Assembly (NCBI GenBank): GCA_965216635.1
Contig: OZ244188.1
Location: forward strand, 64,001-128,000
Direction of reading: 5' to 3'
Origin: a bacterium
Lineage (GTDB): Bacteria > SAR324 > XYD2-FULL-50-16 > G965216635
Length of the DNA stretch: 64,000 nt
Under the pieces are notes generated by a model, which did not search any database, had not been told where the DNA came from, and saw nothing but the letters and a program-made list of their open reading frames with translations. The translations under genes and the position numbers were made by a program. Positions within the stretch are counted from its first letter, which is position 1; every line of letters begins with the position of its first letter. Below are positions 48,943-60,223 of this stretch, in pieces.

Positions 48943-49943
48943 ATGTCAAAAAAATTTTTAGATTGAGATAAGTGTTTTTTGCCTTTTTCAGTAATAATCC
49001 TGCCTCTAGTGGTTCTTTGTAAAAACCCACTCCGTACTAAAAAAGGTTCTACATAGTTTTCTATAGTATCCACTTCTTCTGCGAGTATTGAGCAAAGATT
49101 GGCTATACCTACAGGTCCCCCTTGATAGACTTCTGCTATGGTCTGCAGCATTTTTTGATTGAAGCTATCCAATCCCTTGCTATCAATTTGTAATTCCTTC
49201 AGAGCTAGCTTGGTGACTTCTAAATCTATTTTCTCTTTTTTTGCTACAAAAGCAAAATCGGCTATTCTTTTCAGTAATCGGTTGGCTATACGGGGAGTGC
49301 CTCTTGCTCTATTTCCTATTTCTATCGCAGATTTTTCGTCTAGTTTCAAATTTAAAATATTGGCTGAACGGGCAACTATACAACTCAAATCTTGAGGACT
49401 ATAAAAATCTAAATGAAAAGTAATACCAAATCTGTCTCTCAAAGGAGAGCTCAAAAGACCTACCCTTGTAGTAGCTCCTACCAGAGTGAAATTTTGTAAA
49501 TCTACTCTTATGGTCTTCGCTCCAACACCTTTCCCTATTATAATATCCAAACGAAAATCTTCTAAAGCAGTATAAAGTATTTCTTCTACGGCTTTATTCA
49601 TACGGTGAATTTCGTCAATGAAAAAAATTTGCTTGGATTCTAATGAGGTTAAAATAGCAGCTAAATCTCCTTGTTTTTCAAGAATAGGACCCGAAGTGTT
49701 TAATATGGGGTTTCGTAATTCTTTAGCAACAATTTCTGCTAAAGAAGTTTTCCCAAGCCCAGGAGGCCCGCTGATAAGAATGTGATCTAGATTTTTTTGC
49801 TGACTAGAGGCTGCTTGAATAAAAACTTTTAAGTTTTTTTTTAAATTTGTCTGTCCTATAAAATCGTCTAAAGACTGGGGTCTTAAACTCGCCTCACTAG
49901 AATCATATTGATTGAAATTGGTAGCTGATTTGCCCATAATCAA
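48939..49943 (-). CDS. ruvB: Holliday junction helicase RuvB
   Basis: LRPQSL, GPPGLGKT, FIDEIHR, GATTR, PLRDRFG, RGTPRIANRLL. Confidence 0.97.
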   Translation of the reverse strand: MIMGKSATNFNQYDSSEASLRPQSLDDFIGQTNLKKNLKVFIQAASSQQKNLDHILISGPPGLGKTSLAEIVAKELRNPILNTSGPILEKQGDLAAILTSLESKQIFFIDEIHRMNKAVEEILYTALEDFRLDIIIGKGVGAKTIRVDLQNFTLVGATTRVGLLSSPLRDRFGITFHLDFYSPQDLSCIVARSANILNLKLDEKSAIEIGNRARGTPRIANRLLKRIADFAFVAKKEKIDLEVTKLALKELQIDSKGLDSFNQKMLQTIAEVYQGGPVGIANLCSILAEEVDTIENYVEPFLVRSGFLQRTTRGRIITEKGKKHLSQSKNFFDI

Positions 49944-49957
49944 AAACTTCTTACAGC

Positions 49958-50230
49958 TAGAGACGTTAAATCAGGCATCATAGAAAGCTAGCCGAATGGT
50001 TAGAACAGGCGCGAAAAAAATTTTTAGCTCGCTAAAATATCGTCTGAGCGAAATGCTACGAGATTTAATTCTTAGCCCAAATGAAATGTAAAAGGAGCGA
50101 AAAGCATTTTTACTATAGCCCTTAGGAAATAGCCCTAGGAAATAAATAGCAATAAAAAAAGTATTTCAAATGACAAAAAAAAAATTTTAACGCCGTATAG
50201 CCAAACTAGAATGTCTAATTCAACAGTCTC
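49958..50230. mobile_element. Palindromic MITE-like repeat with nested module
   Basis: Degenerate TIRs, arm GCTAGCCGAATGGTTAGAACAGG, insert ATCGT...AGCAATAA in the central hairpin. Confidence 0.7.
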
Positions 50231-50238
50231 CTAGGTTT

Positions 50239-52014
50239 TTATTCGTAAAAATTTACTAGGTGTTTAGTCCGCATAGGATGCCTTAATTTGCGAAGTGCCT
50301 TTGCCTCAATCTGACGGATTCTTTCTCTAGTAACATCAAAATCCTGTCCTACTTCTTCTAAGGTATGGTCTTTCTTTTCGTCAATTCCAAATCGCATCTT
50401 TAAGACTTTTTCTTCTCTGGGAGTCAGGGTGCCTAGGACTTTATGAATAGCATCACTGAGATAAACGTCGGATACTATCTCTGAAGGAAGTTGCAATTTT
50501 CTATCTGGTATGAAATCTCCCAATGAAGAATTTTCTTCATCTCCTACTGGAGCTTCCAAAGAAATAGGCTCTTTAGCTATTTTTAGAATTTTGTGAATTT
50601 TAGCTATCGGTAAATCCATATGCTCTGCAAGCTCATCAGGGAAAGGCTCTCTACCATATTTTTGGAATAAAGTTCGGTTGAGTCTGTTGAGTTTGTTGAT
50701 AGTCTCTAGCATATGCACTGGAATGCGAATCGTCTTCGCTTGGTCTGCGATAGCACGGGTAATAGATTGCCTAATCCACCATGTAGCATAAGTAGAAAAT
50801 TTATAACCTCTACGATATTCAAATTTATCTACTGCTCTCATTAAGCCAAGATTTCCTTCTTGAATAAGATCCAAAAATTGCAACCCACGATTCATGTAGC
50901 GTTTTGCTAGACTAATGACTAGTCGTAAATTAGCTTCTATCAACTTATTTTTAGCTCTATTAATTTGGTTTTGAGTTCTTCTTAAGACTTTAATTGTAGT
51001 TCTAAATTCTTCTAGTGAGCCATCTGTTTCTTGTAATAATCTAGCAATTTTTTTTTGTCCCATAGCAATTTTTTCAAAATACCTGCGAATAGTAGTAAAA
51101 CTATTAGAAGTGAGCTGACTGACTTCTGAACGAATACGAAAAAATTTCTTTTCATTTCTCTTTTTTTTACTCTCCAACCATTCTTTTGTAAGTTCTAAAG
51201 GAATAGCTAAATTTCTTTGATGGCGGCTATTTTGAAAAATAACTTTATCAATTTGTTCGTTGTGTTCTAAAATGATACTAAAGAGTTTCTCTATTTTCTT
51301 TGTATTAAAATTGACTAGCCTTAAAACTTTCAAAATTTGTTGCTCTAATTCTTCTTTTTCTAGTTTTAAAGCCTCTGCTTTAGAGTAAGGATAATTGGCT
51401 ATCTTTTTAGTTATAGCTTGTTTTTGATTAAAAATTTCTTTTGCTTGTGACAATTTTTTATGAAGTTGTTCTAAAGCCTTATTTTCTTCTTCTATTACAT
51501 TGTCGTCTTCGTCTAAACCAGATACTACTTCTCTGACTTTCATTTCAGAATTTTCCAATTTATCAATTAAAGAAAATAAATATTTCAAAACTAAATTGGA
51601 GCGGAGCAAAACATTCAACATCTGTTGTTGACCGTCTTCTATCTTTCTAGCGGTTTCTACTTCTTCTTCCCTTGTAAGTAACGGAATAGCGCCCATTTCT
51701 TTGAGATAGATTTTCACAGGGTCTTCTATTTTTTTCTTTTCTTGCTCTGTGTTTTTAGTTTGTGTTTCTTTGTGAAAAGAAGTAGTGAATTCGTCCTCTA
51801 AACTAGAAAATAAAGAAGTCTCCACAACTTCTATATTTTTTTTAGCCAAAGTTACATAAATAGATTCGGTTTGGCTTTCACTTAGATCATTGCCTAGTAA
51901 TCTATTCAATTCATTGCTATCAATCACACCTTCTTTTGCTTTTGCAATATCTAGTGCTTTTTTGATAATTTGCTTTACAAGTTTTGGTTGTGATTTTTGT
52001 GTTTTTTTGCTCAT
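50239..52014 (-). CDS. rpoD: RNA polymerase sigma factor RpoD
   Basis: [45 protein letters not shown]. Confidence 0.97.
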   Translation of the reverse strand: MSKKTQKSQPKLVKQIIKKALDIAKAKEGVIDSNELNRLLGNDLSESQTESIYVTLAKKNIEVVETSLFSSLEDEFTTSFHKETQTKNTEQEKKKIEDPVKIYLKEMGAIPLLTREEEVETARKIEDGQQQMLNVLLRSNLVLKYLFSLIDKLENSEMKVREVVSGLDEDDNVIEEENKALEQLHKKLSQAKEIFNQKQAITKKIANYPYSKAEALKLEKEELEQQILKVLRLVNFNTKKIEKLFSIILEHNEQIDKVIFQNSRHQRNLAIPLELTKEWLESKKKRNEKKFFRIRSEVSQLTSNSFTTIRRYFEKIAMGQKKIARLLQETDGSLEEFRTTIKVLRRTQNQINRAKNKLIEANLRLVISLAKRYMNRGLQFLDLIQEGNLGLMRAVDKFEYRRGYKFSTYATWWIRQSITRAIADQAKTIRIPVHMLETINKLNRLNRTLFQKYGREPFPDELAEHMDLPIAKIHKILKIAKEPISLEAPVGDEENSSLGDFIPDRKLQLPSEIVSDVYLSDAIHKVLGTLTPREEKVLKMRFGIDEKKDHTLEEVGQDFDVTRERIRQIEAKALRKLRHPMRTKHLVNFYE

Positions 52015-52015
52015 A

Positions 52016-53866
52016 TTATGGTTTAAAATTAGATTGAAAAAAAATTCTTTTGTTTTTTAAATTTTGAATTAAGTGCTTCATATCTTCCAATTGTAACTTA
52101 TACAACTGCCACTGTTCTTTTTGCTTATCTGTTGAAAGATAAAGAGATTCTTTACTAAACCTCTGATAAATAACATCTTTTTTTAGTTCATAAATCCATT
52201 TTTCTAGCCAAAAAATTTCTGATAGATTTTCAGGTAAAACTTTTATACAAAATAAAATCTCACTGACGATCTCCTTATCATCACAAAAGAATTGCAAAAA
52301 ATCCGCCAGAGTGCAACTTGCAATTTCTTCATCTTGCATAGAAAATAGCCTTTGCATCAATCTTTGCAGCGGCTCGCTAGAAAAATCTTGGTATTGTAGA
52401 TATTTCCTTAAAGTAGGAAAATATTTAGGACTTTTTAAAACAAAGCCTGCTATTTTCTCTTCTTTTTTATATATTCTTTGCTCCCCTGAAGAAACAGCAG
52501 CATAGCTAACCAAAGACGAAGGAATAGATGAACTATTATTCTCAGATGCAGAAACTTTAAATGTAGCGGTATTTTTTCTGCGCTCTAAACGACTCTGTTC
52601 TGTTTTTTTTTGCCAAGTCTGTTTTTGAAGGGCGTTTAAGTCTATTTTAAAATAGCTAGCTACTTCATTAAGAAATATTTTTTGTTTATTTTCTCCGCCT
52701 AATTCAGCCGCTAATTCCAAAAGTTCCTTTAAAATACCGTCTTTGGCGGATATATCTTTTGTCTTTTCAAACCTTTTTTTCTCGTGTTCTAAAATACAAA
52801 ACAAAATAGAAGTAGCATTTTCTAATGCTTTTTCCATTTCGCAACTCGGCTGCTCTTTTAAGAATTCATCAGGGTCTTTGCCTAGGGGTAAAAAAGAAAT
52901 TTTTGCTTCTACTCCATACTGTAAGGCAAGACGGGCGGCTCTCATACTAGCTTTTAGTCCAGCACCATCTGCATCAAATAAAAAAATAACTTCGCCGTAA
53001 TTCTGCTTGAGTTTTTCTATGTGTTTATGAGTTAAGGCAGTTCCAGCAACTGCTAAAGTTTCTTCAAAGCCTGCTTCGTGCATTCTCAACACATCCGTAT
53101 AGCCTTCCACCACAATAGTTCTTTTTTTTTTTGCAATTGCTTCTTTAGCTTGAAAAAGTCCATAAAAGAAAGAATTTTTTTGAAAAAGCTCTATCTCTGG
53201 AGAATTGAGATATTTAGGAATATTATCTTCAGAAATAGACCTGCCCGCAAAACCTACTAAAGCTCCTTGGTAATCTCTAAAGGGAAACATAATTCTACCT
53301 CTAAAAAAGTCGTAATAATTGCCCTTTTTTTCTGATTTTTTTACCAATCCCGCTTTTTCCAATTCGCTTAAAGATGGAGGATTGAAATTTTTTAGTAATG
53401 CATTCCAACTCTCTGGTGCATAACCAATTTCAAATTTTTTTAAAGTATGATTTTTAAAATTTCTCTGTGCTAAATATTTTCTTGGAGGAGAAGAATCTAC
53501 TGATTTTTTCCATTGTTTAGCAAAAAAAACTTGGGCTTCTTCTAAAAATTTTCGTGTGGGATGAAAAACTTTTTTTTCTTTCCTTAAACTGATTCCCTGC
53601 AAAGCAGCAAGTTTTTCTACAGCTTCTAAAAAAGTTAAATTGCCGTTTTCTATCAAAAATTTAATAGCATCTCCGTGTGCTCCACAACCAAAACAATGAT
53701 AAAAGCCTTTTAAGGCATCTACATGAAAAGAAGGAGTTTTTTCACTGTGAAAAGGACAGAGTCCGCTGTAAGTTTTTCCTCTTTTTTTGAGTAAAACATA
53801 CTGACCCACTAAAGAAACTAAATCCGTTTTTTGAGCTATCGTTCTTATTTGCTCCCTAGGGTACAT
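52016..53866 (-). CDS. dnaG: DNA primase
   Basis: [11 protein letters not shown]...CFGC, KYLNSPE, VEGYTD, FDADGAG, KDPD. Confidence 0.96.
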   Translation of the reverse strand: MYPREQIRTIAQKTDLVSLVGQYVLLKKRGKTYSGLCPFHSEKTPSFHVDALKGFYHCFGCGAHGDAIKFLIENGNLTFLEAVEKLAALQGISLRKEKKVFHPTRKFLEEAQVFFAKQWKKSVDSSPPRKYLAQRNFKNHTLKKFEIGYAPESWNALLKNFNPPSLSELEKAGLVKKSEKKGNYYDFFRGRIMFPFRDYQGALVGFAGRSISEDNIPKYLNSPEIELFQKNSFFYGLFQAKEAIAKKKRTIVVEGYTDVLRMHEAGFEETLAVAGTALTHKHIEKLKQNYGEVIFLFDADGAGLKASMRAARLALQYGVEAKISFLPLGKDPDEFLKEQPSCEMEKALENATSILFCILEHEKKRFEKTKDISAKDGILKELLELAAELGGENKQKIFLNEVASYFKIDLNALQKQTWQKKTEQSRLERRKNTATFKVSASENNSSSIPSSLVSYAAVSSGEQRIYKKEEKIAGFVLKSPKYFPTLRKYLQYQDFSSEPLQRLMQRLFSMQDEEIASCTLADFLQFFCDDKEIVSEILFCIKVLPENLSEIFWLEKWIYELKKDVIYQRFSKESLYLSTDKQKEQWQLYKLQLEDMKHLIQNLKNKRIFFQSNFKP

Positions 53867-53885
53867 ATTTAATATACAAAAATTG

Positions 53886-54170
53886 CTAAGCAGCTAAATC
53901 CGTTTTATTTTTAAGCTGGTTTGCCATCTGAGATTTTTTCTTAGAAGCCGAATTTTTACTGATAATCCCTTTTGTTCTAGCTTTGTCAATGATTTTGTGG
54001 ATAAAAGATAATTGTTGTTGTAGCTCCTTTACTTCCTTATTTTTTTTGTCAGAAACAAACTCTAGAAATTTATTCAACTCGGTTTTATATCTAGATCTCA
54101 CCATCCGATTTCGTAAATTTTTCTTTCTATTTTGTCTAATCCTTTTTATTGCCGATATATGATTTGCCAT
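53886..54170 (-). CDS. rpsT: 30S ribosomal protein S20
   Basis: MANHISAIKRIRQ, IDKA..KGII.KN.A..KKS. Confidence 0.93.
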   Translation of the reverse strand: MANHISAIKRIRQNRKKNLRNRMVRSRYKTELNKFLEFVSDKKNKEVKELQQQLSFIHKIIDKARTKGIISKNSASKKKSQMANQLKNKTDLAA

Positions 54171-54183
54171 ATTAATTTATTTG

Positions 54184-54546
54184 TCAAGTTAGAGAAAAAA
54201 TATTTTTATAATGTTTAACAGAAAACCAAAAAAATATTTTTTCTACAGTTAAAACATCTATTCTCAAATTTTTTCCAAAAAGTTTTTTTGTTACAATATA
54301 ATAGTTTGCTAATTTTCTAATTTTGTTCCTTTTCTTGGAGTCTATAGAAGTCAAAGGATGCCAATCTCCTTTTTTATATCGAGATTTCACTTCTACAATA
54401 ACAAAAGTTTGATTTTTTTTAGCAATAATGTCTAATTCCCCAAAAGAAGTTCTAAAATTTTTCTCTATTATAAGATAACCCCGCAAAACTAAATACCCAC
54501 AGGCAATCCATTCTGCCAACCAACCTTTCTTTTTTTTAGCTAACAA
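54184..54546 (-). CDS. yraN: YraN family protein (UPF0102)
   Basis: GELDIIA, VEVKSR, RIDV. Confidence 0.88.
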   Translation of the reverse strand: MLAKKKKGWLAEWIACGYLVLRGYLIIEKNFRTSFGELDIIAKKNQTFVIVEVKSRYKKGDWHPLTSIDSKKRNKIRKLANYYIVTKKLFGKNLRIDVLTVEKIFFWFSVKHYKNIFSLT

Positions 54547-54552
54547 TGCTCT

Positions 54553-54906
54553 TTAATCAATTTTATCTGCCAAACGAGCAGATTTTCCAGAAAGTTTATT
54601 GAGATAGTAAAGTTTTGCTCGCCTGACAACACCTCTCTTCAATATTTTAATGCTATCAATATTAGGGGAATGTGTGGGAAACTTTCTCTCCACTACAAAC
54701 CCACGGTTTTCTCTGCGGACAGTAAAAGTGCCATTCAAATTATTAAAACCTCTATGAATAGCGATAACTACGCCAACAAAAGGTTGAACTCTTTGTTTTT
54801 CTCCTTCTACTATGCGATAATTCACCTGCACGGTATTACCTACTTCAAATTTTAGTAGATCCTCTCTAATCAATTTTTTTGAAAAATTTTGTAATATTGG
54901 GTTCAT
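54553..54906 (-). CDS. rplS: 50S ribosomal protein L19
   Basis: EGEKQRVQPFVGVVI, GVVRRAKLYYL; start moved to ATG 54906. Confidence 0.95.
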   Translation of the reverse strand: MNPILQNFSKKLIREDLLKFEVGNTVQVNYRIVEGEKQRVQPFVGVVIAIHRGFNNLNGTFTVRRENRGFVVERKFPTHSPNIDSIKILKRGVVRRAKLYYLNKLSGKSARLADKID

Positions 54907-54922
54907 TTTAAATAATATTTTT

Positions 54923-55570
54923 TTAGTTAGAACTAGATTTAACAGTTTTTTTCTCCCAACCTTTAATTTTTTCGTGATAACCACTACACAAGACTTCAGG
55001 CACCTTATAATTCATAAATTCACGAGGTCGGGTGTATTTATCTGCTTCTAAAAGTTTTTTTTGGTGTGATTCGTTTTCTAGCGATTCCTCATTGCCAATC
55101 ACTCCTTTAATTCTACGAGCAATCGTCTCTAGCAAAACCATAGCTGCTACTTCTCCGCCAGAAAGTACATAGTCTCCTATACTTAAACTCTCATCTACAA
55201 AATAAGATATTCTTTTATCAAAGCCTTGATATCTACCGCAAATCAAAGTCAAAGAAGATTTTTTTGCTAATTCTACAACTTTATCGTGATGGTATTTTTC
55301 TCCCTTCGGATCTAGCAAAATACTGTGGCTTTTGTCGTATTTTTCTTTTATATGCTCCAATGCAAAAAAAACAGGCTCGGGCTTTAAAAGCATTCCTTTA
55401 GCTCCACCAAAAGGCTTGTCGTCTACTCTTCTATGTTTTCCTAATCCAAAATCTCTTAAATTATGTAGAAATAACTTTAATTTACCATCATTCAAGGCTT
55501 TTCCTATAAGACTACAACTTGTAAAAGATTCAAAAATCTGTGGAAAAAGACTGATAATATGAAAATTCAC
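54923..55570 (-). CDS. trmD: tRNA (guanine37-N1)-methyltransferase
   Basis: VDDKPFGG, CGRYQGFD, SIGDYVLSGGE, YTRP. Confidence 0.95.
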   Translation of the reverse strand: MNFHIISLFPQIFESFTSCSLIGKALNDGKLKLFLHNLRDFGLGKHRRVDDKPFGGAKGMLLKPEPVFFALEHIKEKYDKSHSILLDPKGEKYHHDKVVELAKKSSLTLICGRYQGFDKRISYFVDESLSIGDYVLSGGEVAAMVLLETIARRIKGVIGNEESLENESHQKKLLEADKYTRPREFMNYKVPEVLCSGYHEKIKGWEKKTVKSSSN

Positions 55571-56101
55571 TTACTCTTCTAAAAGTTCAACTACTAAAAG
55601 TTTTTTTTCTTTGTTTATTTTCAGTAAAACTTGCTCTATTACAGGAAACAGAAATTTTTTTTGAGACGCAGAATCTTTTTCAGGAAAAACCTCACAAACA
55701 CCGTTTGCTCCGTTATGAAAAAAATCAACTACTTTACCCAAATGCTCTCCTTTGACATTCACAACTTGACTGCCCACCAAATCATCTACTAAAATTTCGT
55801 TCTCTTGTAAAGCGGCACGGTTGTTTTCTGGAACAAAAAAATATTTTCTCAGCAAAGCGCTAGCTTTCTCCACCGTATCTATCCCTTGCAAAAGAAACAG
55901 AAAAAAATTCTTAAAAATCCTAGCCTCTACTAATTTATACTCTATTGTTTTTTCTTCCTCTTCCCCTACCCAAACCGATGACAAGCTACAATAATGTTGC
56001 ATGCAATAACTTTCGGTATAAGGATAAATTTTTAACTCTCCCCTTAGACCTCTGGTTTTGATAATCTGTCCTATTTTAACCAATGGTGCCTGAGAAAACA
56101 C
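55571..56101 (-). CDS. rimM: Ribosome maturation factor RimM
   Basis: IGQIIKTRGLRGELK, DDLVG..V...G..LGKV; operon position; start moved to GTG 56101. Confidence 0.88.
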   Translation of the reverse strand: MFSQAPLVKIGQIIKTRGLRGELKIYPYTESYCMQHYCSLSSVWVGEEEEKTIEYKLVEARIFKNFFLFLLQGIDTVEKASALLRKYFFVPENNRAALQENEILVDDLVGSQVVNVKGEHLGKVVDFFHNGANGVCEVFPEKDSASQKKFLFPVIEQVLLKINKEKKLLVVELLEE

Positions 56102-56117
56102 ACAAATTTCCAGTAAA

Positions 56118-56381
56118 TTAATTTTTGGATTTTTCCTTTTCCACAAGATTGGATTTTTCCTTTTCCACAAGAAAAGAAACTCTTTTGGATGGGAGGGCTC
56201 CATAATCCAGCCACTTTTTTAATAATTCTTTATCAATAGAAAAATCCTTTTTAAAAGGGTCGTAAGTTCCTATTTTATCTAAAAATCTTCCATCTCTTTT
56301 TGCCCTTTTATCCACAGCAACTATGGAATAAAATGGTTTTTTTTTTCGTCCTCTACGGGACATTCTTATTACAACTGACAC
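56118..56381 (-). CDS. rpsP: 30S ribosomal protein S16
   Basis: IRMSRRGRKKKPFY, RDGRFLDKIGTYDP; 24-bp C-terminal duplication. Confidence 0.95.
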   Translation of the reverse strand: MSVVIRMSRRGRKKKPFYSIVAVDKRAKRDGRFLDKIGTYDPFKKDFSIDKELLKKWLDYGALPSKRVSFLVEKEKSNLVEKEKSKN

Positions 56382-56560
56382 AGTACTAAACTAAAAAATT
56401 TATTTTTACAAAAAATTCAACTACCTATTAAGTCTATAGTATATTAGAAAAAAAATAAAAAGTCAAATAGGTATTAAAACATTTAAATTTTTAGACCAAT
56501 GCAAATTCAAAAGTCTAAATTTGTGTTTTTTTGGGGGTTATACAGCATTAAAAATTTTGA

Positions 56561-57106
56561 TTATTTTCCCTTAATGAATAAATTATTCTTATAATAACGA
56601 AATTCTGCTATGGTTTCCCTAATATCAACCAAAGCGTCGTGTTCAAAAGATTTTTGAAAAGGCTCAACAAAAGGAAAATTGATTTCCTTTAAAATTTTAA
56701 AACTAGAAATATCCAAACTACGGTAATGAACGGATTCTGAAAATTCAGGCATATATTCGTACAAAAACCTTCTATCTTGTAAGATGGTATTGCCGCACAA
56801 GGGAGACTCCTTCTTCACTGTATATTTCAAAACATAGTCAATACAAAGCTGCTCCACATCCCTTAATTTCAAAGGAGAATTCAAACATTTTTCTACCAAG
56901 CCACTTTCCCCGTGTTGTTTTTTATTCCATTCATCCATTTTGTCAAAAACCTGCTTAGGCTGATTTACAATAAAATTGACACCTTGGTGAAGCTCGTTAA
57001 GATTTTTATCAGTAATAATAATAGCTATTTGTAAAATAGCACTAGATTTTACCTCTAACCCTGACATTTCCATGTCTAGCCAAATCAGCTTTGTATTGAC
57101 ATCCAT
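56561..57106 (-). CDS. orn: Oligoribonuclease
   Basis: LIWLDMEMSGL, MDEWN, CGN, HYRSLDISS, HDALVDIRE. Confidence 0.93.
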   Translation of the reverse strand: MDVNTKLIWLDMEMSGLEVKSSAILQIAIIITDKNLNELHQGVNFIVNQPKQVFDKMDEWNKKQHGESGLVEKCLNSPLKLRDVEQLCIDYVLKYTVKKESPLCGNTILQDRRFLYEYMPEFSESVHYRSLDISSFKILKEINFPFVEPFQKSFEHDALVDIRETIAEFRYYKNNLFIKGK

Positions 57107-57150
57107 TTTTCTATTGGTACAATAATTGTTTTCTAAAAAAAAATATATTT

Positions 57151-57307
57151 TAAGCCTTTAAATTTTGCTGCTGTGACGGCTAGCCAAATAGTTAGAACAG
57201 GTGCAAAAAAATTTTTTAGCTCGTAGGAATGTATAAGTATTTCAAGAGTTAAAAATTTTTTCAACGTTTGTTTTGGCTAAACGGTGGTAAGCAAATTCAA
57301 AAGTCTA
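57151..57307. mobile_element. Palindromic MITE-like repeat
   Basis: Shared arm GTGACGGCTAGCCAAAT..TTAGAACAGGTGC, right TIR GCAAATTCAAAAGTCTA. Confidence 0.75.
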
Positions 57308-57373
57308 GTTTATTTGCGAGAACTACCGTTGCCGCGTAACATATAAGACAACCGTCCCTATCTTTGCTTCCAA

Positions 57374-58615
57374 TCAGCGAATTTTAAAATAAATCAAAAA
57401 AGCAATAACTAAAAACCAAATTGCTTTTATATGATTTTGCCAAATAACTTTAGAATTGATTTTTTCTTTGTTGTAATTTTTATAAAATTGGTATTTGGGA
57501 ACAAGTTTGAGCTTTTCTAGCCAACTGTGATAAACAGAACGAATATCTTTTTCTTGAAAAGACATAGCAGCTTGCTGATGGTGATGATAGGGGGCTTTAT
57601 AAAAAAAACGGTTTTTCTTGGCGTATTCTCTGCCCTTGATTTTAAGAACTATAAAAAACCACAATCTTTGCACTATCACACTAAAAGCTGCAATTACAAA
57701 AGTACCCCCCACTATGGGTAAAAAAAGCTCTGCTTTAGCAAATAAAAATAGAGCGCTAATAGAAGCTCCTAGACCCAAAGAACCAATATCTCCCATGTAA
57801 ATATAGGCGGGCGGAGAATTATATTTTAAAAAGGCAATAACTCCACCTACTACAATAATACTGAAAATGCTTAATTCTTTTAAGTCTTCGGAAATAAAAA
57901 CAATTTTTAATTTTTCGCTCCACTCCATATCTCCAGCAATATAAGACACAGAACCTATAAAAATAAGGGTGTTGATAATAGGGAGACTAACCAGAGAATC
58001 TAAACCGTCCAGCAAATTGACTGCGTTGGCACAGCCTACAACAATAAAAATAGCCATCAAAAAATAAACCCATTCGGAAACATTAGGATGCCAGTTTTTG
58101 ATAGGCACCATAGGTATCTGCAAGTCAAAACCAGGTATTCGGTAAAAATAGATAGTAATACCCAAAATGCTTACAGTGATCACAATTTCTAAAATAATGC
58201 GGAGTTTGGCGCTAATACCATCGGATTTTTCACTATAATCTTTTTTTTTGAGAATACCACTTCGTATTTTTTTGTTGTTTTGAATTTTCATACAATCATC
58301 GCTTAAACCTATCAAACCAAAACACACCAAAAAAGTAATACTGCTTATCACATAAACATTCGTCCAAGCCCAAAGAAAAGTGGAAATAACTAAAGAAAAA
58401 ATAATTACAGCCCCCCCCATAATAGGAACTTGGGAAGAAGCTTTAGAACTATCTGCTAAGTCAGAAACATATTCCTTCTTATACATATAAACAATGAAAG
58501 GAGGCATCAAAATACTAGTCAAAAAATAAGAGGTCAAAAAACCCATAGACGCCCTAAAAAAAACGGATTGGAAAATTTGATAGGCATAAAGCTCGTAGAG
58601 TAGTTTGGCTAGCAT
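57374..58615 (-). CDS. mraY: Phospho-N-acetylmuramoyl-pentapeptide transferase, divergent
   Basis: PIMGG, IGLSDD, NAVNLLDGLD, YMGDIGSL, APYHHH. Confidence 0.88.
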   Translation of the reverse strand: MLAKLLYELYAYQIFQSVFFRASMGFLTSYFLTSILMPPFIVYMYKKEYVSDLADSSKASSQVPIMGGAVIIFSLVISTFLWAWTNVYVISSITFLVCFGLIGLSDDCMKIQNNKKIRSGILKKKDYSEKSDGISAKLRIILEIVITVSILGITIYFYRIPGFDLQIPMVPIKNWHPNVSEWVYFLMAIFIVVGCANAVNLLDGLDSLVSLPIINTLIFIGSVSYIAGDMEWSEKLKIVFISEDLKELSIFSIIVVGGVIAFLKYNSPPAYIYMGDIGSLGLGASISALFLFAKAELFLPIVGGTFVIAAFSVIVQRLWFFIVLKIKGREYAKKNRFFYKAPYHHHQQAAMSFQEKDIRSVYHSWLEKLKLVPKYQFYKNYNKEKINSKVIWQNHIKAIWFLVIAFLIYFKIR

Positions 58616-58936
58616 TAAAAATTATGTTGTTTTAATAATTGTTGAAAAGATGATTTTGTTTTTTTCTTGTATTTTTTTCTTATTTTACCCAGTTTGAGCG
58701 TGTTTGTCTACTAAAATTTTGAAAAAGTTTTAGATAATATTTATTGTCTTGCTTTTTAAAAGACTATGGATAACTATTGGAGTTTATGGGATAAAATTGG
58801 TTAAAGACTGTTGCATAGTCTCTTAAAAAGAGAGATACTATATAATTGGATAGATTTTTAATTTTTTTTTAAAAAAATATTTGAAAAAATATTTGACTTA
58901 AAAAAATATTCATTGAAAACTATGAATTATAGTCAG

Positions 58937-59009
58937 TGGGACGTAGCCAAGTCGGTAAGGCAACGGGTTTTGATCCCGTCATGCGTAGGTTCGAGTCCTA
59001 CCGTCCCAG
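58937..59009 (+). tRNA. tRNA-Gln(TTG)
   Basis: TGGGACG/CGTCCCA acceptor, ACGGG-TTTTGAT-CCCGT anticodon arm, GTTCGAG T-loop. Confidence 0.93.
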
Positions 59010-59034
59010 ATAATAGTTTTTGAAAAAAAACAAT

Positions 59035-59110
<76 letters not shown>

Positions 59111-59129
59111 CTTGCTGAAAGAAAAACAA

Positions 59130-59203
<74 letters not shown>

Positions 59204-59222
59204 CCCTCCTAATCGCTTTAGA

Positions 59223-60047
59223 ATGGTAGAAAAAAATACATTAGAAGAATCTTTACGCAATCATTTTTTTTTTATTGTAGGTCCTTGTGTGATTGAATCC
59301 GAAGAACTACTTACAACCTGTGCTAAAGAAATTCAAAAACTCCAAAAAAAATACAAGGTTCCTTTTGTATTTAAGTCTTCTTTTGATAAAGCCAATCGCT
59401 CGTCTATTGATTCTTATAGAGGTATGGGTATTCAAAAAGGCTTGTCTTTCTTAAAAAAAATCAAAAAATTTTTTTCGCTGCCTATTACTACAGATGTTCA
59501 CGAAACTCACCAAGTTGACGAGGTCGCCGAAGTGGCAGACATTATTCAAATTCCCGCTTTTTTATGTCGCCAAACAGATTTGATTGTGCAGGCTGCTAAA
59601 ACAGGTAAAATCATCAGTGTCAAAAAGGGACAGTTTCTCGCTGTAGCTGATCTGGAAAATATTTTAAGAAAAATTAGAACTCAAAATAAACATCTAGTTT
59701 TGTTTTTGGAAAGGGGTAGTAGTTTTGGCTATCAAAATTTGGTTGTAGATTTTACTAATTTGATAGAAATGAAAAAATATAAGGAATCTGTGGTGATGGA
59801 TATTACTCACGCCACACAAAAAACAGGAAAAACTCTCGCTCAATCGGGCGTGCTTTCTCAATACGCTCCTTATTTCGGATACGCTGCCGCTGCCTGCGGA
59901 GCACAAGGCATTTTTATGGAAGTGCATCCTAACCCTGCAAAAGCTTTATCCGATGCTGCAAATTGCATCCCTTTAGGTGGTTTAGATAAATTAGTAGGGG
60001 ATATACTTTCTTTCCACAAGCTATACAAAAATATAGGAGGAATTTAG
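59223..60047 (+). CDS. kdsA: KDO-8-phosphate synthase
   Basis: GPCVIES, KSSFDKANRSS, QIPAFLCRQTD, KKGQF, ERG. Confidence 0.96.
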   Translation: MVEKNTLEESLRNHFFFIVGPCVIESEELLTTCAKEIQKLQKKYKVPFVFKSSFDKANRSSIDSYRGMGIQKGLSFLKKIKKFFSLPITTDVHETHQVDEVAEVADIIQIPAFLCRQTDLIVQAAKTGKIISVKKGQFLAVADLENILRKIRTQNKHLVLFLERGSSFGYQNLVVDFTNLIEMKKYKESVVMDITHATQKTGKTLAQSGVLSQYAPYFGYAAAACGAQGIFMEVHPNPAKALSDAANCIPLGGLDKLVGDILSFHKLYKNIGGI

Positions 60048-60223
60048 CAAGAATGAGTTGGTAAACTCCTAAAAGTAAAATTAAACAGAAACCTAATCAA
60101 TACGAAAAAGAATCAATAAAAACTAGGTTTTTTTACTAAAGTTTGTATAAAATAAGATGCCCAATATACGCAACAAGCCTTTTAGCCAAAACCAGATAAG
60201 CTAATGCAAAGGTCTCTAAAAAT

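Noticed and set aside
56102..56203. N-terminal extension of RimM (similarly RplS, CinA, OMP B1)
   Set aside because: Extensions overlap upstream genes or promoter-like sequence; downstream starts fit family lengths or paralogs
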